From: an uncultured Nitrospinota bacterium | Lineage (GTDB): Bacteria; Tectomicrobia; Entotheonellia; J063; CAVPRW01 | DNA: 64,000 bases | NCBI GenBank assembly: GCA_963707985.1 | Contig: CAVPRW010000017.1 | Coordinates: 128,001-192,000, forward strand | Reading direction: 5' to 3' | Shown: piece after piece, positions 59,738 to 64,000 of the stretch | How the letters are laid out: each line of letters opens with the position of its first letter | How positions within the stretch are numbered: the first letter of the stretch is position 1 | Notes under the pieces: model-generated | Told to the model about the DNA's origin: nothing | The model's database searches: none | What the model saw: the letters and a program-made list of their open reading frames with translations, nothing else | Position numbers and translations under genes: made by a program

Positions 59738-61141
59738 ATGGATAATCCGCGTTTCGACGAATTGCGTGAGCTGGCGCGACGGTTAGGGCTCGATTTCTTC
59801 GAGGTGATGTTCGAAGTCGTGCCACAGGATATCATGTCTGAAATCGCCGCCTATGGCCTGCCGACGCGGGCCAGACACTGGTCCTATGGCAAGGTCTACA
59901 ACCGGCAGCGCGTGCACGGGCAGATGGGGCTCTCCAAGATCTACGAGATCGTCCTCAACAATGCTCCCGCATACGCTTTTCTGCTGGATACCAACTCCGA
60001 AGTCGCCAATTTGCTCGTCGCTGCCCATGTGTATGCCCACTGCGACTTCTTCAAGCAGAACGTGTACTTCGCACCTACCAACCGCAATATGGTTAATGTG
60101 GCGGTCGAGCATGCGCTACGCATCGATGAGTACATCGACCGCTATGGCCTCGACCGGGTCGAACGGGTGATGGATATCGCCTTCGCCGTTGACCGCCACA
60201 TCGACTTTCATAAAGGGCTGGTGCGAAAGCCGTACCCTATGCGGGAGGTGATCGAACGGGAGCGTAAGATGCACACGTATGCCGACCTGTTCGGGGAGGA
60301 TGAGTGGTCGCTGACGAAAGTGGTCGTCGGCGACCACTTTCCCCCGCATCCCGAAAAAGATCTCCTCTGGTTCTTCGCCCGCTACGCTCCAATCGAGCCC
60401 TGGGAGCGAGATGTCCTGGAGATCATTCGCGAGGAATCATACTATTTTTACCCGCAGTTCGAGACGAAGATTCTCAATGAAGGCTGGGCCACTTATTGGC
60501 ACGCCGAAATTCTCCACCAGTACTCTGGGGTGTCTCCCAGTGAGACGATCGACTTTGGCGTGCTACATGCCGGCGTTGTGAACCCCGGACACCCCATGAG
60601 CATCAACCCCTATTACCTCGGCTACCGCCTGCTCGTCGATGTCGAGCGTCGGTGGGATAAGTTGTATGCCGCGGGAAAATCGCCCATTACAGGCCGACAG
60701 AAGCTTTTCGAGATTCGCTCCCAAGACAATGACCTCTCATTTCTCGCCAACTATCTGACGCAGGAGTTAGCGGACGAGCTGGCGCTCTTCGCGTATGGAA
60801 ATGCTTGTGAGCATGAGCCTCAGGGCTCCAAGAAGTGCGAGAAATGCGGCGAACTCACAGTCAAGAGTCGAAAGGTCGAGGATGTCCTCCATAGCCTTCT
60901 AGCGCCGCGCTACAACTACGGTGTGCCGAGAATCGTTATCACCAATGTGAGTGACGATGGGAGCCTGCTGCTGGAGCACGAGTGCAATGATCGAGGTCCG
61001 CTTGACCTCAAGTATACTGAAAAGACCTTAGAATATTTGCACGAACTTTGGAGGAAGCCCATTCATTTGAAGACCTTCAATAGCCAGGTGGAGGCCATTA
61101 CGCTATCCTGTACCGCTTCGGGCATCGAGATCAGCAAGTAG
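59738..61141 (+). CDS. spoVR: SpoVR/YcgB family protein
   Basis: AYGLP.R..HWSYGK, KIYEIVLN, AHVYAHCDFF, TKILNEGWA.YWH, NPYYLG. Confidence 0.93.
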   Translation: MDNPRFDELRELARRLGLDFFEVMFEVVPQDIMSEIAAYGLPTRARHWSYGKVYNRQRVHGQMGLSKIYEIVLNNAPAYAFLLDTNSEVANLLVAAHVYAHCDFFKQNVYFAPTNRNMVNVAVEHALRIDEYIDRYGLDRVERVMDIAFAVDRHIDFHKGLVRKPYPMREVIERERKMHTYADLFGEDEWSLTKVVVGDHFPPHPEKDLLWFFARYAPIEPWERDVLEIIREESYYFYPQFETKILNEGWATYWHAEILHQYSGVSPSETIDFGVLHAGVVNPGHPMSINPYYLGYRLLVDVERRWDKLYAAGKSPITGRQKLFEIRSQDNDLSFLANYLTQELADELALFAYGNACEHEPQGSKKCEKCGELTVKSRKVEDVLHSLLAPRYNYGVPRIVITNVSDDGSLLLEHECNDRGPLDLKYTEKTLEYLHELWRKPIHLKTFNSQVEAITLSCTASGIEISK

Positions 61142-61185
61142 CGCGTACGGCTCTATGGCCCTGACAAGGCTGAAGCGGCGCCCAG

Positions 61186-61514
61186 GGATTCGAGCACATG
61201 GCGGGGGAACCCCGTCAGCTCATCCAGAAAGAGCACGCCATTATGGGCCAGCGACACCTCACCCGGCATTGGCACGTGGCCGCCACCGATCAGACCCACA
61301 TCCGAGATGGTATGATGGGGTGCGCGAAACGGGAGGGTCGTGACCAACGCCGTACGGTCCCCGGTGAGGCCAGCGACGCTGTGGATGCGCGTGGTCTCGA
61401 TGGCCTCGGCCAGGGTCATCGCCGGCAAGATGGTGGTGAGTCGCCGTGCCAGCATCGATTTGCCCGCCCCAGGGGGACCGAGCAGGAGGACGTTGTGGGC
61501 AGAACGCCTGCATC
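61186..61514 (-). repeat. Internal yifB/comM gene fragment, copy 3 (best preserved)
   Basis: [20 protein letters not shown]...[37 protein letters not shown]; lacks both the N- and C-terminal YifB domains. Confidence 0.9.
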
Positions 61515-61601
61515 GTCTTCGGCTTCGGCAATACCGACGGGGTGCCGACGGCCAGGACCGCTGCCCCACGTTTGGAGCAACCGTCAGGGGAAAGGCCCCG
61601 A

Positions 61602-64000
61602 TCATGAGAGCGCCTCCAGCAGGGTTTTGGCTTCCTGGAGGTCGGCGGTATCAAAACCCTCGGTGAACCAGCCGTAGATCGGGGCCAGTAGCTCATGAGC
61701 CTCAGCCCGCTTGCCCTGCTGCTGCCACAGGCGGCTCAGGCTCACTGCCGCCCGCAGCTCCCAGGATTTGGCCTGCTGGCGATGGGCAATGTCGAGGGCG
61801 TGTTGAAAACACGTGCTCCGCCTCTCGCCTGAGGCGCTGCAGACTGGCTGCAGCAGCTCGCCCTTGAGCCGATACAGCTCCGCCTCGTACCAGCGCTCTG
61901 CCGTGTTGTCCGCCACCGCGAGTGCTTCTGCCAGCAGGCGCAGCCCTTCGTCTATGTGCTCTGCTTGCCCACACGCTTCGGCCAGGAGGGCGAGAGTATA
62001 GGGCACGAGCAGCTCTGTCCCCATCGCGCGTGCGGCCGCGAGGCCCTGGTACATCTGCGCCAGGCCCTCCGCTGTCTGTCCCTGCGTCGCCAGCGCCCAG
62101 CCGCGCAGGATTGTCGCCCACGCCAGGTAGAGGGGAGACCCCTGCTCCGTACAGAGCGCGATCAGGGTCTCTGCCCGTTCCTGCGTGGCCCGCCCCTCCC
62201 GACGGACTTGATGGCCAATGGTCACATTGTGCAGGGCATGCACCAGCGTGAAGGCGTGTGCCAGGTCCTGGGCCCGGGTGAGCGCTGCCTGATACTGCTG
62301 TCGAGCCTGCTCCGGATAGCCCAATAGCCCCAGGCTATGGGCCACATAGAGGCGGCAATTCACGCCGGGGTCGATCCCGTAGAGGAAGAGAGGGCTGCGA
62401 TGCTGCTGGGGATCGTACAGGGCGAGCCCTTGCTCCGGTGCGTGTGGGCGAGCGCACACTCGCCCTGCCAGAATAAGGTGACCGCCAGAGCCTGATGGGC
62501 GGCCAGGAGTTGGGCGGGGTCGTGTCCACGCTGGGCCAGCCGCAGGAGCTGTTCCCCCAGTTCGCGCGCCGTCTGGCACACTCCCCGCACTAAATAAAAC
62601 CGCCAGAGCCCGAGCAGCACCGGGAAGAGCTGTGGGGTCTCGCCGAGCTGCTGGCAGAGTTCCCGTGCCCGGGCGTAGGCGTGTTCCACTTCTGGAGCCG
62701 CCTGGCCCTTGATGGCCATCAAGGCGGGCCCCAGGGTGGTCTGCACCAGCAGCTCCTGCTGGGTGCGCGCAGGCGTAGGCGGCAAGGTCCTGAGCAGCGC
62801 TAATGCCGTGGTGAGATGGCTGATCGCTTCCGATTCGCCGAGCGCTCGATGGCCCGCTGGCCGGCCCGCTGCCAGTAGGCCATCGCCTGCTCGGTGAGGC
62901 CCGCCTCGCGTGTAGTGATGCGCCAGCAGCTCGGGCTGCGTCTCGGCGGTCTCGGGAAAGCGCTCTTCCAACACCTGGGCAATGCGCTGATGGTACTGCT
63001 GCCGGGTACTCTTCAGCAACGACTGATAGGCGGCATCCTGGATCAGGGCATGCTTGAAGAGGTATGTCGCCTGCGGCGGCAGCCCCTGCTGATACAGGAA
63101 CTCCGCCTCCACCAACTGGTGCAGCCCACGCTGCAAGGTCCCCTCGTCCCACGGCGAGACGGCCTGCAGCAGGTCATAGGAAAACTCGCGCCCCAGCGTC
63201 GCCCCGAGTTGCGCCAGGCCCTTCACCGTCGCCAGGCGATCCAGCCGCGCCATCAGCGAGTCGTGCAGCGTGGCGGGAATGGCCAGCGGCGGCAGGGGAC
63301 CGGTCAGCTCATAGCGCTCCTCCCGCTCCTGGAGCAGACCGGACTCCAGCACCATCTTGGTCAACTCCTCCACAAACAGCGGCACCCCATCGGTCTTGGC
63401 CACCACCTGCTCCACGACCTCCGCCGGGAGCGCCTTGCCGTGCGCCACCCGGCCGGTCATCTCTGCCGCCTGGCGCCGCGGCAAGCGGGTCAGCGTCACC
63501 TGGGTGAGGTGCGAGCGCCCCGTCCAGGGCGGGCTGAAGTCGGGCCGAAAGGTCAACAGCGCCAGGATGCGAGCGGTGGGGCCTTGATCGACCAGGAGGC
63601 TGAGCAACTCCAGCGTGGACGGATCGACCCAGTGCAGGTCTTCCATGACAAAGAGCACCGGCTGCTGGGCGGCGATGCGCAGGAAGATCGTCAGGAGGGC
63701 TTGCAGGGTCTTCTGCTTCTGCTGCTCGGGCGACATGGTCAGAGGGGCATAGTCGGCAGCCAGCGGCAGGGAGAGGAGGGCGGCAAAGAGGGGCACGGCC
63801 TCTGCCAGCGGCAGGCCATACTGCACCACGAACCCCTCCAGTTTGCTGAGCTTCTGCTCAGGGGACTCCTCCCGCTCGAAGCGCAGCGCCACCCGCTCCA
63901 GCAGATCGATCATCGGATACAAGGCGGTGTTCTGGTAATAGGGCGAACACTGACACGGCGTCAGCCACGCCTGGGGCTCGGTGGCCACCTGTTCCTTCAG
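61602..64000 (-). CDS. 3' part of an AAA/STAND-like NTPase-TPR protein (family usually fused to an adenylate/guanylate cyclase); several frameshifts; 5' end outside the window
   Basis: [72 protein letters not shown]. Confidence 0.88.

Noticed and set aside
61153..61605. Functional Mg-chelatase/YifB gene
   Set aside because: Only the central AAA segment is present, with unrelated flanks and no N-terminal Lon-like or C-terminal domain; treated as a repeat fragment.
1..64000. CRISPR array, tRNA or rRNA genes
   Set aside because: No regularly spaced repeat-spacer run or recognisable RNA gene was found by eye; the 34-bp repeat at 48145/48217 has only two copies and lies in frame in a CDS.

Overview
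GC-rich bacterial chromosomal window. Gene content suggests a Ca. Tectomicrobia/Entotheonella-like organism, but this is inference only. From left to right: two type II toxin-antitoxin pairs (the second toxin truncated) before a BREX tail (pglZ and an internally deleted brxL); an MqnA-like/NHL/DUF1501/DUF1800 cluster; tandem amidohydrolases; a CoA-transferase and an enolase-family gene; a five-gene minus-strand locus (tail-collar protein, C25 gingipain/PorU-like protease, RRE-fused knottin-like precursor, DUF6916, GNAT); catabolic genes; a peptide ABC transporter; an NtaA-type monooxygenase; a form I aerobic CO dehydrogenase (coxMSL, a YHS remnant, mocA); a decayed accessory zone (IS6, IS1, IS3, a 1370-aa sensor-like membrane protein, an SGNH pseudogene); prkA-yeaH-spoVR; and the 3' part of an AAA/STAND-TPR gene. 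The best candidates for undescribed systems are (1) the 19.1-24.6 kb locus with a PqqD/RRE + Tat-like leader + C-C-CC-C-C core in one polypeptide, and (2) three co-oriented copies of the same internal yifB/comM fragment, two of which share a left junction and sit directly behind TPR-gene 3' ends. Several otherwise intact genes carry single +1 insertions that are probably sequencing errors. No rRNA, tRNA or CRISPR array was seen.
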